NCBI GenBank assembly: GCA_045630515.1
Contig: JAZQTG010000076.1
Coordinates: 354,299 to 418,298 of the forward strand
DNA from: Acutalibacteraceae bacterium
Lineage (GTDB): Bacteria; Bacillota; Clostridia; Oscillospirales; Acutalibacteraceae
Direction: 5' to 3'
Length of the DNA: 64,000 nt
Shown piece by piece: positions 9,508-18,648 of the stretch (positions are counted from its first letter, which is position 1; each line of letters begins with the position of its first letter). The translations under genes were made by a program, and so were the position numbers. Under the pieces are notes generated by a model. That model searched no databases, was not told the origin of the DNA, and saw only the letters and a list, made by a program, of their open reading frames with translations.

Positions 9508-10749
9508 ATGAAAAAACTTTTATGTATTGTTTTGCTTTTATCAATAACCCTTACATCCTGTGTGTTAATGCCGCAAGAAAATGGCAACCATTCAAGTTTA
9601 AATAATTACGTAATCACTGATATAAAAGAAACCGACACTAGTGAGATGGGTTTTTTAGCGGTGTGGTTTTCTTACATAGAACTTGATTTTATTGGATTAA
9701 GTGAAAACGATTTTAAAGCAAAGATACACGAAATGTTTACAAAGGTTAGCGAATTAGGGTTTACTGCGGTTATCTGCCAAGTCAGGTCAAATTGCGATGC
9801 CATTTATCCGTCCAATTATTTTCCGTTTAGTGCGGCATTTACAGGCACGGCAGGTGTTGCGCCCGACTTTGATCCGTTAGAAATAATGATAGATACCGCA
9901 CATAACCTAGACCTCCAGTTTCACGCATGGATTAATCCCTACAGAATCTCCGCAAAAAGCAAGGACTATGAAAGTCTACCAACCGACTCACCTGCTTATA
10001 AATATCTAGCCGACGAGGACAGTAGTAACGACCAAAATGTTCTGTTTACCGACGAGGGTATGTACTTAAACCCTGCAAGTAGTGAAGTGCGCACTCTGAT
10101 AACCCAAGGCATTAACGAAATACTGCAAAACTACACGGTTGATGGGATACAGTTTGACGACTATTTTTATCCTACCACAGACCCATCTTTTGATGAGGTT
10201 TCTTATAACGAATATAAAGATAGCGTTAGCAAATCCCTTACACTTGATGACTGGCGCAGAACAAACGTAAACCTGTTGCTTTCACAAGTGTATGATATTG
10301 TTCATAAAAATAGCGATTGTGTTTTTGGCATCTCACCCGCTGCCGATATTAGTGACGATAAAAGCGATAACAACTACACTAAACATTACGCCGACATATA
10401 CCATTGGTGCAGTACGACAGGTTACATAGATTATATTGCACCTCAACTTTATTTTGGCTATAATTACCCTGACAATAACTTCAGGTTTGAACATCTGCTA
10501 AAAAAATGGTGTGATATACCACGAGCTAAAAACATTAATATATATATTGGCCTTGCAGCATACAAGGTCGGCGTGCTTGATGCAGATAGCAACGAGTGGA
10601 TAACAAATGACAATATGCTTTCAACCCAAGTGAAAGATTTATATAAAGCAAAGGTTAATGGTGTACTTTTATATTCATACAGTTACCTGTTTTCAAGGAA
10701 CGAGCACAACCAAAAAGAACTCAGTAATTTAATAAAGGAATTGAAATAA
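9508..10749 (+). CDS. Glycosyl-hydrolase-like 10 (GHL10/UPF0748, YngK-like) lipoprotein
   Basis: Lipobox LTSC after the signal peptide. TIM-barrel motifs HAWINPYR and DGIQFDDYFYP are typical of GHL10. Confidence 0.7.
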   Translation: MKKLLCIVLLLSITLTSCVLMPQENGNHSSLNNYVITDIKETDTSEMGFLAVWFSYIELDFIGLSENDFKAKIHEMFTKVSELGFTAVICQVRSNCDAIYPSNYFPFSAAFTGTAGVAPDFDPLEIMIDTAHNLDLQFHAWINPYRISAKSKDYESLPTDSPAYKYLADEDSSNDQNVLFTDEGMYLNPASSEVRTLITQGINEILQNYTVDGIQFDDYFYPTTDPSFDEVSYNEYKDSVSKSLTLDDWRRTNVNLLLSQVYDIVHKNSDCVFGISPAADISDDKSDNNYTKHYADIYHWCSTTGYIDYIAPQLYFGYNYPDNNFRFEHLLKKWCDIPRAKNINIYIGLAAYKVGVLDADSNEWITNDNMLSTQVKDLYKAKVNGVLLYSYSYLFSRNEHNQKELSNLIKELK

Positions 10750-12726
10750 ATGAAAATTAATGGTGCAAAAACTAATAGCAATTGCCTACGTCATATCGCG
10801 CTAGGCTTGGTTTTTGCGCTCATTTTAATTATAATTACTGGTTGCGAAATTAATACTAAAACCTCTAGCGAAACCTTAAAGTCTTACGAAGTTATTGACG
10901 AAATTGGCGACAACAAGGGCGTGCTTAATATAACTTCTCCTACACAAAAAGACTTAACTGTAAATAGCGATATTATACTTTTTAGCGGCAGTTGCAATAA
11001 AGAATATCCTCTTTTAATTAACGGCGAAGAAATTAAGGTTTCAAGTGACGGATTTTTTAGTTACGAGGCCAAATTAACTATTGGTAAAAATAAGTTTTCT
11101 ATATCAAACGGCAGAGCGAAAAACACCTACACCATAACATATAATTTGCCTATGATTAAAAGTTGTACCCCTAACACTAAAAACTTGACCTTGGAAAGTG
11201 AGGCGCGTTTTTCCATAACCGCATACGCTTTTATAGGTAGCACGGTTTCTGCAACATTTGGCGGCAAGTCGGTTACACTTGAGCCTGATAGCACAGGTCA
11301 ATACGATGGCAAAACCTATACTCGTTTTTCTGGAATAATGGAATTACCTAAAAAGAACAAAAACAGTAAGGGCGACACACTTGAATTTACCGCAAAGCAC
11401 GATAGCGATACCTACACCCTAACTGCTAGTAAAATTAAAATAATTACACCGGAAGCCGCTAAATACACAAACCCTTCGCCTTTACTTGAATTTGCTACAG
11501 ATAAAAACGGATTTGCAAATGTCGGCACTGAGTACGTTGCCAGAATCATTTCTCCTATGGCAGAAACATTTGATGCAAATACGGTTGACGATACTTCTCG
11601 CCCAACCAATAGTTACCTCCCCACTGGCACGGTAGATTACTGCAACCCTACTACGATATTTGACTCCGAGTCGGGCAAGAAATACTACCTTTTAAAGAGC
11701 AATAAACGTATTTATGCAGATGATGAAAATGTTAAAATATATAAAGGCAAACTTCCCAATGAAAATAAGCTTAGCTTTGCTTCGCAATCAAACGAGGGCA
11801 ATCGCTTTGCTTTTGAACTAATAACCGAATGGCGCGCACCGTTTTATGTTAATTACGGTAACCAAAGTTATAGCGATACTAAATCCCCTAACTATAAGAT
11901 TAACGGACAAACTTTCACATATATAGATATTGTTTTTGCTTATAGCAACGAAATTTCGGGCACACTTAATTTGCAAGATAATAAAATATTCTCAAAATAT
12001 GAAATAATTAAAAGCAATTTTGGTTGCACATTAAGGCTGCACCTTAAAAAAGCAGGCGCATTTTATGGTTGGGATGCTCGTTATGATAATAACGGCAGAG
12101 TTAAATTCACCTTTTTAAATCCCGCAAAAGTCACTCCGACCAGAGAAAACAAATACGGTTATTCGTTACAAGGAATCAAGGTGCTTGTTGACGCTGGACA
12201 CGGCGGAGAAGAATCAGGAACATATAACGCGCTTGGTACCAAAACTTACGAAAAAGAATACAACCTCAATTACGGAATAGAGTTGGCTTTGGCATTAAAA
12301 CGTATCGGTGCCACCGCTACTATGACGCGCACTAAAGATGTAACAAGAACTCTGCAAAGCCGCTATAACTGTATAAGAACCGCAAATGCAAATCTCGTTG
12401 TTTCGGTGCATTTTAATGGGTCGTCCTCTCCTAGTGCTTCGGGTTATTTCGTTGGGTATTTTTATCCCTTTACTTATAATGCAGCACGCGAAATACAAAG
12501 CTCACTAAACACAACAGGACTTATGAACACGGTTGATAGCGGTCTTAAATGGCATTATTTTAATCTTAGCCGTTGCGCCTTTTGTCCTGTTGTTTTAACC
12601 GAAAACGGATACCTAACTAATCCAAAAGATTTTAGTTTGATAAAAGATCCTACCTTTAGGCGTCAGTATATTGATGCTATTGTGTGCGGAATAGTTAATT
12701 ACTTTTTACAGCAATCCGACCTATAA
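10750..12726 (+). CDS. N-acetylmuramoyl-L-alanine amidase (Amidase_3) lipoprotein with a long N-terminal extension
   Basis: Lipobox ITGC. The C-terminal Amidase_3 domain shows VLVDAGHGGEESG ... VSVHFNG ... ENGYLTNPKD. The stop of the upstream gene abuts this ATG. Confidence 0.85.
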   Translation: MKINGAKTNSNCLRHIALGLVFALILIIITGCEINTKTSSETLKSYEVIDEIGDNKGVLNITSPTQKDLTVNSDIILFSGSCNKEYPLLINGEEIKVSSDGFFSYEAKLTIGKNKFSISNGRAKNTYTITYNLPMIKSCTPNTKNLTLESEARFSITAYAFIGSTVSATFGGKSVTLEPDSTGQYDGKTYTRFSGIMELPKKNKNSKGDTLEFTAKHDSDTYTLTASKIKIITPEAAKYTNPSPLLEFATDKNGFANVGTEYVARIISPMAETFDANTVDDTSRPTNSYLPTGTVDYCNPTTIFDSESGKKYYLLKSNKRIYADDENVKIYKGKLPNENKLSFASQSNEGNRFAFELITEWRAPFYVNYGNQSYSDTKSPNYKINGQTFTYIDIVFAYSNEISGTLNLQDNKIFSKYEIIKSNFGCTLRLHLKKAGAFYGWDARYDNNGRVKFTFLNPAKVTPTRENKYGYSLQGIKVLVDAGHGGEESGTYNALGTKTYEKEYNLNYGIELALALKRIGATATMTRTKDVTRTLQSRYNCIRTANANLVVSVHFNGSSSPSASGYFVGYFYPFTYNAAREIQSSLNTTGLMNTVDSGLKWHYFNLSRCAFCPVVLTENGYLTNPKDFSLIKDPTFRRQYIDAIVCGIVNYFLQQSDL

Positions 12727-12817
12727 ATATTTTGTGGTTGTTTGACAAGCATTAAGTATTGAAATAAAACACTTAATATGATAATATATATTTTAGAAAT
12801 TTTTGGAGGTGATACCG

Positions 12818-13276
12818 GTGGCTGATACAAAACAAATCGCAACCAATCGTAAAGTATTTCACGATTATTTTATAATTGAATCAATAGAAGCCGGTATTGA
12901 ACTCTGCGGCACCGAGGTTAAAGCAATTCGTTCAGGCGGTGTAAATTTAAAAGATGCTTGGTGTTCTATTGATGATGGCGAAATCTTTGTTAAAGGCATG
13001 CATATTAGCCCTTATGAAAAAGGCAATATATTTAATCGCGACCCGTTAAGAGTTCGCAAACTTCTAATGCACAAGCGAGAAATTTTAAGATTGTTCGGTT
13101 TACTAAAACAACAAGGCTTAACCTTAATTCCACTCTCACTTTACTACAAAGGGTCTAGAGTTAAGGTGCAGGTCGGTCTTTGCAAGGGCAAGAAACTTTA
13201 CGATAAACGCGCAGATATAGCAAAGAAAACAGCCGATATGGATATTAGGCGTGCCATAAAGGAGCAAAATAGATAA
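12818..13276 (+). CDS. smpB: SsrA-binding protein
   Basis: [13 protein letters not shown]...[13 protein letters not shown]... is canonical SmpB. I chose the GTG at 12818, behind RBS ggagg. Confidence 0.9.
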   Translation: MADTKQIATNRKVFHDYFIIESIEAGIELCGTEVKAIRSGGVNLKDAWCSIDDGEIFVKGMHISPYEKGNIFNRDPLRVRKLLMHKREILRLFGLLKQQGLTLIPLSLYYKGSRVKVQVGLCKGKKLYDKRADIAKKTADMDIRRAIKEQNR

Positions 13277-14118
13277 TGTTTAAAACTGTACACTTAAAGG
13301 ATATATACCCACAAATAAAGAGCACTAGCAATCCGACATTAGAATTAATGATACAGGACGAGCCTCGCGAACAATTTATAGGTAGAGATAAAATCAAATC
13401 TCGCCCTGCTGTATTAATACTTCCCGGTGGCGCGTATAGTTTAACTTGGATTGGTGAAGGCAAACCGGTTGCTTACGGTTTTATGGCAGATGGATGCAAC
13501 TGTTTCGTTTTGCATTATTCGGTTAAACCTGACACCTACCCAAAACAACTTTTTGAGGTTGCATTGGCACTTGATTATATTTATACAAACGCCAAAGAGT
13601 TTAATGTTGATACTAGCAAAATTGCTATTATGGGCTTTTCTGCAGGTGGACACCTTGCCGCAAGTTACTGCACATTAAGGAACGAAGATGCTCTTAATAA
13701 TTTAATTTCTGATCCTAAGCCTGTAAATGCAGCTATTCTCTGCTATCCGGTTATCTCTGCAGAAAACTTTGGCCATATTGACTCATTAAATAATCTAATG
13801 GGTAAAGAACGACTGACGGACGACGAAAAAAATCTGCTCTCATTAGAAAAACATGTTGATAAAAATGTTACGCCTCCAACATTTATTTGGACCACAGCCG
13901 AGGATAATTCAGTTAACCCAAAAAACACCTTGGCATATGCAACTGCTTTGGCAGAAGCAGGCGTTAGTTACGAGCTGCATATATTTCCAAAAGGTGCACA
14001 CGGATTATCAACCGCTAAATTAGGCGTGGTTGATAATGCTACCCACAAAGACATTAAATATATGTCAGTTTGGCAAGATTTGGCAAAAAACTGGTTACGA
14101 AATCTATTTGATTTTTAA
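13276..14118 (+). CDS. Alpha/beta hydrolase (acetyl-esterase/lipase-like)
   Basis: Nucleophile elbow GFSAGGHLA, oxyanion LPGGAY, and C-terminal His region FPKGAHG. Confidence 0.75.
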   Translation: MFKTVHLKDIYPQIKSTSNPTLELMIQDEPREQFIGRDKIKSRPAVLILPGGAYSLTWIGEGKPVAYGFMADGCNCFVLHYSVKPDTYPKQLFEVALALDYIYTNAKEFNVDTSKIAIMGFSAGGHLAASYCTLRNEDALNNLISDPKPVNAAILCYPVISAENFGHIDSLNNLMGKERLTDDEKNLLSLEKHVDKNVTPPTFIWTTAEDNSVNPKNTLAYATALAEAGVSYELHIFPKGAHGLSTAKLGVVDNATHKDIKYMSVWQDLAKNWLRNLFDF

Positions 14119-14136
14119 ACGTTTTTGCGGTATAAT
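14108..14136 (+). promoter_or_regulatory. ssrA promoter
   Basis: TTGATT, 17-nt spacer, TATAAT. It lies over the last codons of the esterase gene, about 35 nt upstream of the mature tmRNA 5' end. Confidence 0.55.
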
Positions 14137-14170
14137 AATATTCCCTTAAGCCGTTCGCGGCTTAATATAT

Positions 14171-14521
14171 GGGGATGCAATGGTTTCGACAGGAGCGTTG
14201 AAGCAAGGGAAGCGAGTAGCGGTGCGGTACCGCTTAAAAAGCCGCAAATTTTTAAAAAATAAACGACAACAATAAAGTTGCTCTTGCTGCTTAATTTATA
14301 GCAGCCGTCCTTATTAGAAGTACCGCGGTCTTTTAAGGGCGCCGATTAGCGGTGAACGTGCGCATCGGACCGTTTCAACCGATGCCATGAATCAGAAACT
14401 ACCGTAACTGCGAGCCTGACATTCGGCGTGCAGTGAGGGGAATCTTAATAGACTGTCTGCACTCGGAGAAGCCTTTCGGAAATACTTTTGGACGCGGGTT
14501 CAATTCCCGCCATCTCCACCA
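14171..14521 (+). ncRNA. ssrA: tmRNA (transfer-messenger RNA)
   Basis: 5' GGGGATG pairs with 3' CATCTCC-A-CCA. tRNA-like T arm GCGGGTTCAATTCCCGC. The internal tag frame ends AAC GAC AAC AAT AAA GTT GCT CTT GCT GCT TAA (..NDNNKVALAA*) at 14262-14294. Confidence 0.95.
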
Positions 14522-14588
14522 AACGTTAAAAAAGCTACCTTAATTGGTGGCTTTTTTGTTTTCTATTATAATTTTCTTTAATAGATAC

Positions 14589-14617
14589 TTGCCAGATAGA
14601 TTTCGGTGTGCTAAAAT
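14589..14617 (+). promoter_or_regulatory. ddh promoter (extended -10)
   Basis: TTGCCA, 17-nt spacer, TGcTAAAAT. Confidence 0.55.
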
Positions 14618-14660
14618 ATAAAGGAATTTCGTTTGTCTTATTTTTGAAAGGTGATTTTAT

Positions 14661-15653
14661 ATGGGTGAGCAAATTAGAATTGGAATTATGGGTTACGGTA
14701 ATCTTGGTAAAGGTGTTGAACTTGCTGTTCGCGCAAACAAAGATATGAAACTTGTTGCGTTTTTTACTAGGCGCGACCCTAAAACCCTTAAAACATTAAC
14801 TCCTAATGTTCCTGTTTATAACATTAGCGAGGCTACTTCTTTAAAAGATGAGATTGATGTTTTAATTCTTTGCGGTGGTAGTGCAACCGACCTGCCAACA
14901 CAAAGCCCTCAGTTCGCTGAACATTTTAATATTGTTGATAGTTTTGATACCCACGCTAAAATCCCGGAACACTTTAATAACTGCGATAACGCCGCAAAAA
15001 AAGGTAATAAAATTGCTCTGATTTCTGTGGGTTGGGATCCTGGTATGTTCAGTTTACAGCGTCTACTTGGCAACTGCATTTTGCCTAACGGTAATGATTA
15101 TACCTTTTGGGGAAAGGGCGTTAGTCAAGGGCACTCTGATGCCATACGCCGCATAGATGGTGTTATTGATGCAAGGCAATATACCTGCCCTAAAGAAGAT
15201 GCTTTGATAAAAGTAAGAAATGGCGAGAACCCTACCCTTTCTACCAGAGATAAACATACTCGTCTTTGCTTTGTTGTTGCCGAAGACGGTGCCAATAAAA
15301 AACGCATTGAGCAAGAAATTGTTAACATGCCAAACTATTTTGCCGATTACGACACCACTGTTAATTTTATTACAATGGACGAAATGAAACGCGACCATAG
15401 TACCCTACCACATGGCGGTTTTGTTATCAGAAGCGGCGTAACCGGTGAAAACGGTGAAACTAACCAAATGATAGAATATTCTCTTAAACTTGACTCTAAT
15501 CCGGAATTTACCGCAAGCGTAATTGCTTGCTATGCCAGAGCGGCATATAGAATGAATAAAGAAGGTTTCAGCGGCGCAAAAACTGTATTTGATATACCAC
15601 CCGCCTATCTTTCGGATAAATCGGCAGAAGAGTTGCGTAAACAATTATTATAA
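14661..15653 (+). CDS. ddh: meso-diaminopimelate D-dehydrogenase
   Basis: Collinear, as I recall it, with the Corynebacterium glutamicum Ddh sequence: IGIMGYGNLG, GWDPGMFS, FWGKGVSQGHSDAIRRI, HTRLCFVV, LPHGGFVI, LDSNPEFTAS. Confidence 0.9.
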   Translation: MGEQIRIGIMGYGNLGKGVELAVRANKDMKLVAFFTRRDPKTLKTLTPNVPVYNISEATSLKDEIDVLILCGGSATDLPTQSPQFAEHFNIVDSFDTHAKIPEHFNNCDNAAKKGNKIALISVGWDPGMFSLQRLLGNCILPNGNDYTFWGKGVSQGHSDAIRRIDGVIDARQYTCPKEDALIKVRNGENPTLSTRDKHTRLCFVVAEDGANKKRIEQEIVNMPNYFADYDTTVNFITMDEMKRDHSTLPHGGFVIRSGVTGENGETNQMIEYSLKLDSNPEFTASVIACYARAAYRMNKEGFSGAKTVFDIPPAYLSDKSAEELRKQLL

Positions 15654-15787
15654 TGTGAATAGAAGCACACCAAAATTTATCGGTGCGCTTCTATTTTTTG
15701 TAAAAAAGTGCTTGACAAAAGCAACAAATGATGTATAATATTATCGTTGCTCGTAGATAATAAGCGGGTAATTAAAATTTCATAAAT

Positions 15788-15861
15788 AGCGGAATTGTGT
15801 AACGGTAGCACGACAGACTCTGACTCTGTTTGTTGGGGTTCGAATCCCTATTCCGCTGCCA
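15788..15861 (+). tRNA. tRNA-Gln (anticodon CTG)
   Basis: Acceptor AGCGGAA/TTCCGCT, discriminator G, CCA encoded. Anticodon stem ACAGA/TCTGT with loop CTCTGAC. T arm TGGGGTTCGAATCCCTA. Upstream TTGACA-16-TATAAT promoter at 15712-15739. Confidence 0.85.
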
Positions 15862-15865
15862 AAAA

Positions 15866-15905
15866 GAAACGACAATTTTCGACAGAAGATTGTCGTTTCT
15901 TTTTG
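15866..15905 (+). terminator. tRNA-Gln terminator
   Basis: 11-bp perfect stem gaaacgacaat / attgtcgtttc followed by ttttt. Confidence 0.75.
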
Positions 15906-15995
15906 TTCTTTTCACTTTTCTCTTTTCATTCTTCTCTCTTCTCTCAAATTGTCGTTTCCAGAGAAAAGATAAGAGAGAAGAGATAAAAGAAAAGG
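15906..15995. repeat. Polypyrimidine/polypurine imperfect inverted repeat enclosing a second copy of attgtcgtttc
   Basis: A CT-only run (15915-15945) faces a GA-only run (15961-15994). The 11-mer attgtcgtttc occurs at 15888-15898 and 15947-15957. Confidence 0.6.
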
Positions 15996-16015
15996 TAGCT
16001 TTGCTCCGCAAAGCA

Positions 16016-16044
16016 TTGAATTAAGTCGTACAATATGGTATAAT
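16016..16044 (+). promoter_or_regulatory. Promoter of the four-helix-bundle/GNAT pair
   Basis: TTGAAT, 17-nt spacer, TGgTATAAT (extended -10). Confidence 0.6.
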
Positions 16045-16064
16045 GCATTCAGAGGTGATGATGA

Positions 16065-16415
16065 ATGAACAGTCCTTTACTCGATAAATCTCTCGTTTTC
16101 GCAACACAAATCGTATTATTTTATGAAGAATTTTCAAAAGCAAAAAAAGATACCACAATTGCCAAACAACTGCTTCGCTCTGCTACAAGTGTTGGTGCAA
16201 ATATAAACGAAGCCATATACGGTAACAGCAAAGCCGATTTTATATCCAAACTCCATATTTCTCTTAAGGAAACGGGAGAAAGTATTTATTGGCTTACGCT
16301 TTTAAAAAGAACAAATCTGATAGAGTATAACTTTGATGAACTCCTTTCTCTTGCAGAAGAAATCAAGCGAATGCTGATTGCATCACTTAATACCGCAAAG
16401 GAGAATTCAAAATGA
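16065..16415 (+). CDS. Four-helix-bundle protein (23S rRNA intervening-sequence protein family)
   Basis: AKQLLRSATSVGANINEAIYGNSKADFISKLHISLKETGESIYWLTLL matches the family signature (Q..RS..SI.ANIAEG......DF...L.I..GE..E..YWL.L). Confidence 0.75.
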   Translation: MNSPLLDKSLVFATQIVLFYEEFSKAKKDTTIAKQLLRSATSVGANINEAIYGNSKADFISKLHISLKETGESIYWLTLLKRTNLIEYNFDELLSLAEEIKRMLIASLNTAKENSK

Positions 16416-16804
16416 TATACATATGTAACGAATCCGTTTCCGTAAATGATTTAGCAGATTTACGTGAATCAGTCGGTTGGAGCAGAATGGAGAAAGAGTA
16501 TAATAACCCTTTGCTAACTTCTTATTATCATATCGCAGTTTATGAAAAAGAAGCACTCATCGGATATATTGATTGCGTATCAAACGGTGTTACTGATGCG
16601 TATATACAAGACTTGATGGTTCATCCTGATTATCAAGGCAGAGGGATAGGGACTGATTTGATGAAAAAGATGATCGATTATTTAAAGAAAAAACACATAT
16701 ATATGATTTCTGTCGTTTTTGAAGAAAAGCTAAAACCTTTCTATGAAAAGTTTGGTTTCTTTAGTATGCTTTGCGGACAAATGGAAACGTATGATTGCAT
16801 TTAA
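16412..16804 (+). CDS. GNAT family N-acetyltransferase
   Basis: Acetyl-CoA binding motif A: QDLMVHPDYQGRGIGTDLMKKM. The ATG overlaps the upstream TGA (ATGA at 16412-16415). Confidence 0.8.
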   Translation: MIYICNESVSVNDLADLRESVGWSRMEKEYNNPLLTSYYHIAVYEKEALIGYIDCVSNGVTDAYIQDLMVHPDYQGRGIGTDLMKKMIDYLKKKHIYMISVVFEEKLKPFYEKFGFFSMLCGQMETYDCI

Positions 16805-17077
16805 AATTGCAAGAGTTCGAATTCATACGAAAAAACAGAAAAAATATTTTTTTTGTAGCCCTTACACAGCAAAAAAGCATCGGCATTTAGGTTGGTGCTT
16901 TTTTGTTGTTATATATAAGGATTTAAACATATATTTAAAAAATTAAAGAAATTGGATTTGTGCAAAATTTTATGTCTTTTTCCTCATTAATTTAAATCTT
17001 TTTTTGTTATTAAAAAACATTGAAATTGTAGATGTATTATGATATTATTTAAGTAGATGAACAAAGGAGGCTGAGTT

Positions 17078-17302
17078 ATGAAAAAACATGGTAAAAAGAT
17101 TATTGCACCTATTGTAGTTACCATAATTTTGATAATCTACTTTTTTGTTTATTTTGCTTTTCTAATTTCACTATTAGATGGTTTCTTAAAATACATATTG
17201 GCTATTATACCAATTGCTATGGCGTTTGTTGCAATCTATGTGTGTATTGAAAGATTAAAAGAAATAAGGAGTGGTGAGGAAGATGATCTTAGTAACTACT
17301 GA
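17078..17302 (+). CDS. Hypothetical two-TM small membrane protein
   Basis: 74 aa with two hydrophobic helices and an acidic tail. RBS aaggagg lies upstream. Confidence 0.55.
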   Translation: MKKHGKKIIAPIVVTIILIIYFFVYFAFLISLLDGFLKYILAIIPIAMAFVAIYVCIERLKEIRSGEEDDLSNY

Positions 17303-17594
17303 TTACATCTCCGGCAAACAATTTGAAATGCTAGGACTAGTGCGCGGATGTACTATTCAAAGCAAAAACATTGGAAAAGACCTTATGCAAAGTTTTAAAA
17401 CCCTCGTTGGTGGCGAACTAAAAGACTATACCGAAATGATGAACGAGGCTCGCGCTCTCGCAACTAAGCGCATGGTTGAAGAAGCAGAGGCACTTGGTGC
17501 AGATGCTGTTGTTAATATTCGCTATGCTTCATCTGCAGTTATGCAGGGTGCGGCTGAGGTTATTGCATACGGAACTGCAGTAAAATTCATTTAA
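17283..17594 (+). CDS. YbjQ family (UPF0145) protein
   Basis: MILVTTDYISGK...LGLVRG...LVGGEL..YTEMMNEARALATKRMVEEAEALGADAVVNIRY is the UPF0145 signature. I chose the ATG at 17283, behind gaggaag. Confidence 0.8.
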   Translation: MILVTTDYISGKQFEMLGLVRGCTIQSKNIGKDLMQSFKTLVGGELKDYTEMMNEARALATKRMVEEAEALGADAVVNIRYASSAVMQGAAEVIAYGTAVKFI

Positions 17595-17610
17595 TTTTGG
17601 AGGCAAAATT

Positions 17611-18240
17611 ATGAAAATCAAACTGTTATTTCAAGGCGACAGTATTACTGATTGTTTTAGAGGTCGTGAGGACACTAACTACATAGGTTTGGGATACCCA
17701 AAATATGCTGTTGAGTTACTAAAAAACAAATATCCCGATGTTGAATTTGAATTTGTAAACCGTGGTGTTGGCGGAAATCAAACTATGCATTTAATAAACC
17801 GCTTACAAGAAGATTTGGTTGATGTTAATCCTGATATTGTTTCAATTCTTATCGGCATAAATGATGTTTGGCACCATGCAGATGGTAAAAACTGGCTACC
17901 TGACGATGTGTTTGAAGAGCGTTACCGCAAAATATTAGATACAGTTAAAGAAAAAACACACGCCAAACTTATGATGATGGAGCCTTTCTTAATTCCTGTT
18001 CCTGATAAACTTTTCTTTAGAGAAGACCTTGCACCAAAGATTGAAATTATACGTAAACTTGCACGCGAATATGCGGATGTTTACCTACCAACCGATGGAC
18101 TTTTGGCATCAGCATTTATTGGCGACGAACCCACCTCATTTAGTAATGATGGTGTTCATCCTAACGACAAAGGCTCTGAGTTTATTGGCAAACTATATGT
18201 AGATTATATTTCTAAAATTATTGATGATATGATTAAATAA
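17611..18240 (+). CDS. SGNH/GDSL hydrolase family protein
   Basis: Block I FQGDSITD, block II GVGGN, block V DGVHPN. Confidence 0.8.
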   Translation: MKIKLLFQGDSITDCFRGREDTNYIGLGYPKYAVELLKNKYPDVEFEFVNRGVGGNQTMHLINRLQEDLVDVNPDIVSILIGINDVWHHADGKNWLPDDVFEERYRKILDTVKEKTHAKLMMMEPFLIPVPDKLFFREDLAPKIEIIRKLAREYADVYLPTDGLLASAFIGDEPTSFSNDGVHPNDKGSEFIGKLYVDYISKIIDDMIK

Positions 18241-18244
18241 AACA

Positions 18245-18281
18245 AAAGCATCGCACATACTTATTTGTGCGATGCTTTTTT
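18245..18281. terminator. Bidirectional terminator
   Basis: 14-bp stem aaaagcatcgcaca / tgtgcgatgctttt. Confidence 0.75.
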
Positions 18282-18648
18282 ATCCAAAAATTCTAGTTGA
18301 GTGATCTTTTAAAAGTATTAATCTATTTTTTAAAGTTGTGCAACAATGCAAAAATTCATCTTCTTTATTTGAAAGGAACGGAAGCGAAGAAACCTCAACA
18401 CTAATTGTATCCAGTTCACTATCTGCATAAAATAAGCATAGTATTTTTTCTTTCTTTTCCCAAAACTTTTTAAAGTTTGTTGCAGTTGTTTTTACTTTCT
18501 TTATATTATTATTTTCACATTCATCAGCCATTTGGCTTATATATTTTTTAGAATCTGCTATTATTGCATTTACCTCAATGCGTTCTACAATACATAACGA
18601 AATTATAATAACCGAAATTAGTATTGATGCAACTATCCTACTCATCAC
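18280..18648 (-). CDS. DUF4363 family protein
   Basis: Small N-terminally anchored protein immediately downstream of, and overlapping, a DUF421 gene. This is the usual DUF421/DUF4363 pairing in spore-formers. Confidence 0.6.
   Translation of the reverse strand: MMSRIVASILISVIIISLCIVERIEVNAIIADSKKYISQMADECENNNIKKVKTTATNFKKFWEKKEKILCLFYADSELDTISVEVSSLPFLSNKEDEFLHCCTTLKNRLILLKDHSTRIFG

Noticed and set aside
14560-14660. Possible lysine riboswitch upstream of ddh.
   Set aside because: The leader is only about 43 nt after a clear promoter and lacks the AGAGGCGC / CGCCGAA / CTGTCA L-box elements.
15772-16024. Three overlapping 63-79-aa ORFs across the tRNA-Gln gene and the CT/GA repeat.
   Set aside because: Their translations are low-complexity (FSLFS..., KEKRK...) and produced by the homopurine/homopyrimidine tract. 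They overlap a tRNA and have no RBS. I treat the region as a repeat, not as coding sequence.
17271-17302. Possible frameshift or fusion between the 74-aa membrane protein and the YbjQ-family gene.
   Set aside because: The YbjQ homolog begins at its canonical MILVTTD N-terminus, with its own RBS (gaggaag) at 17283. The 20-nt overlap is ordinary operon packing.
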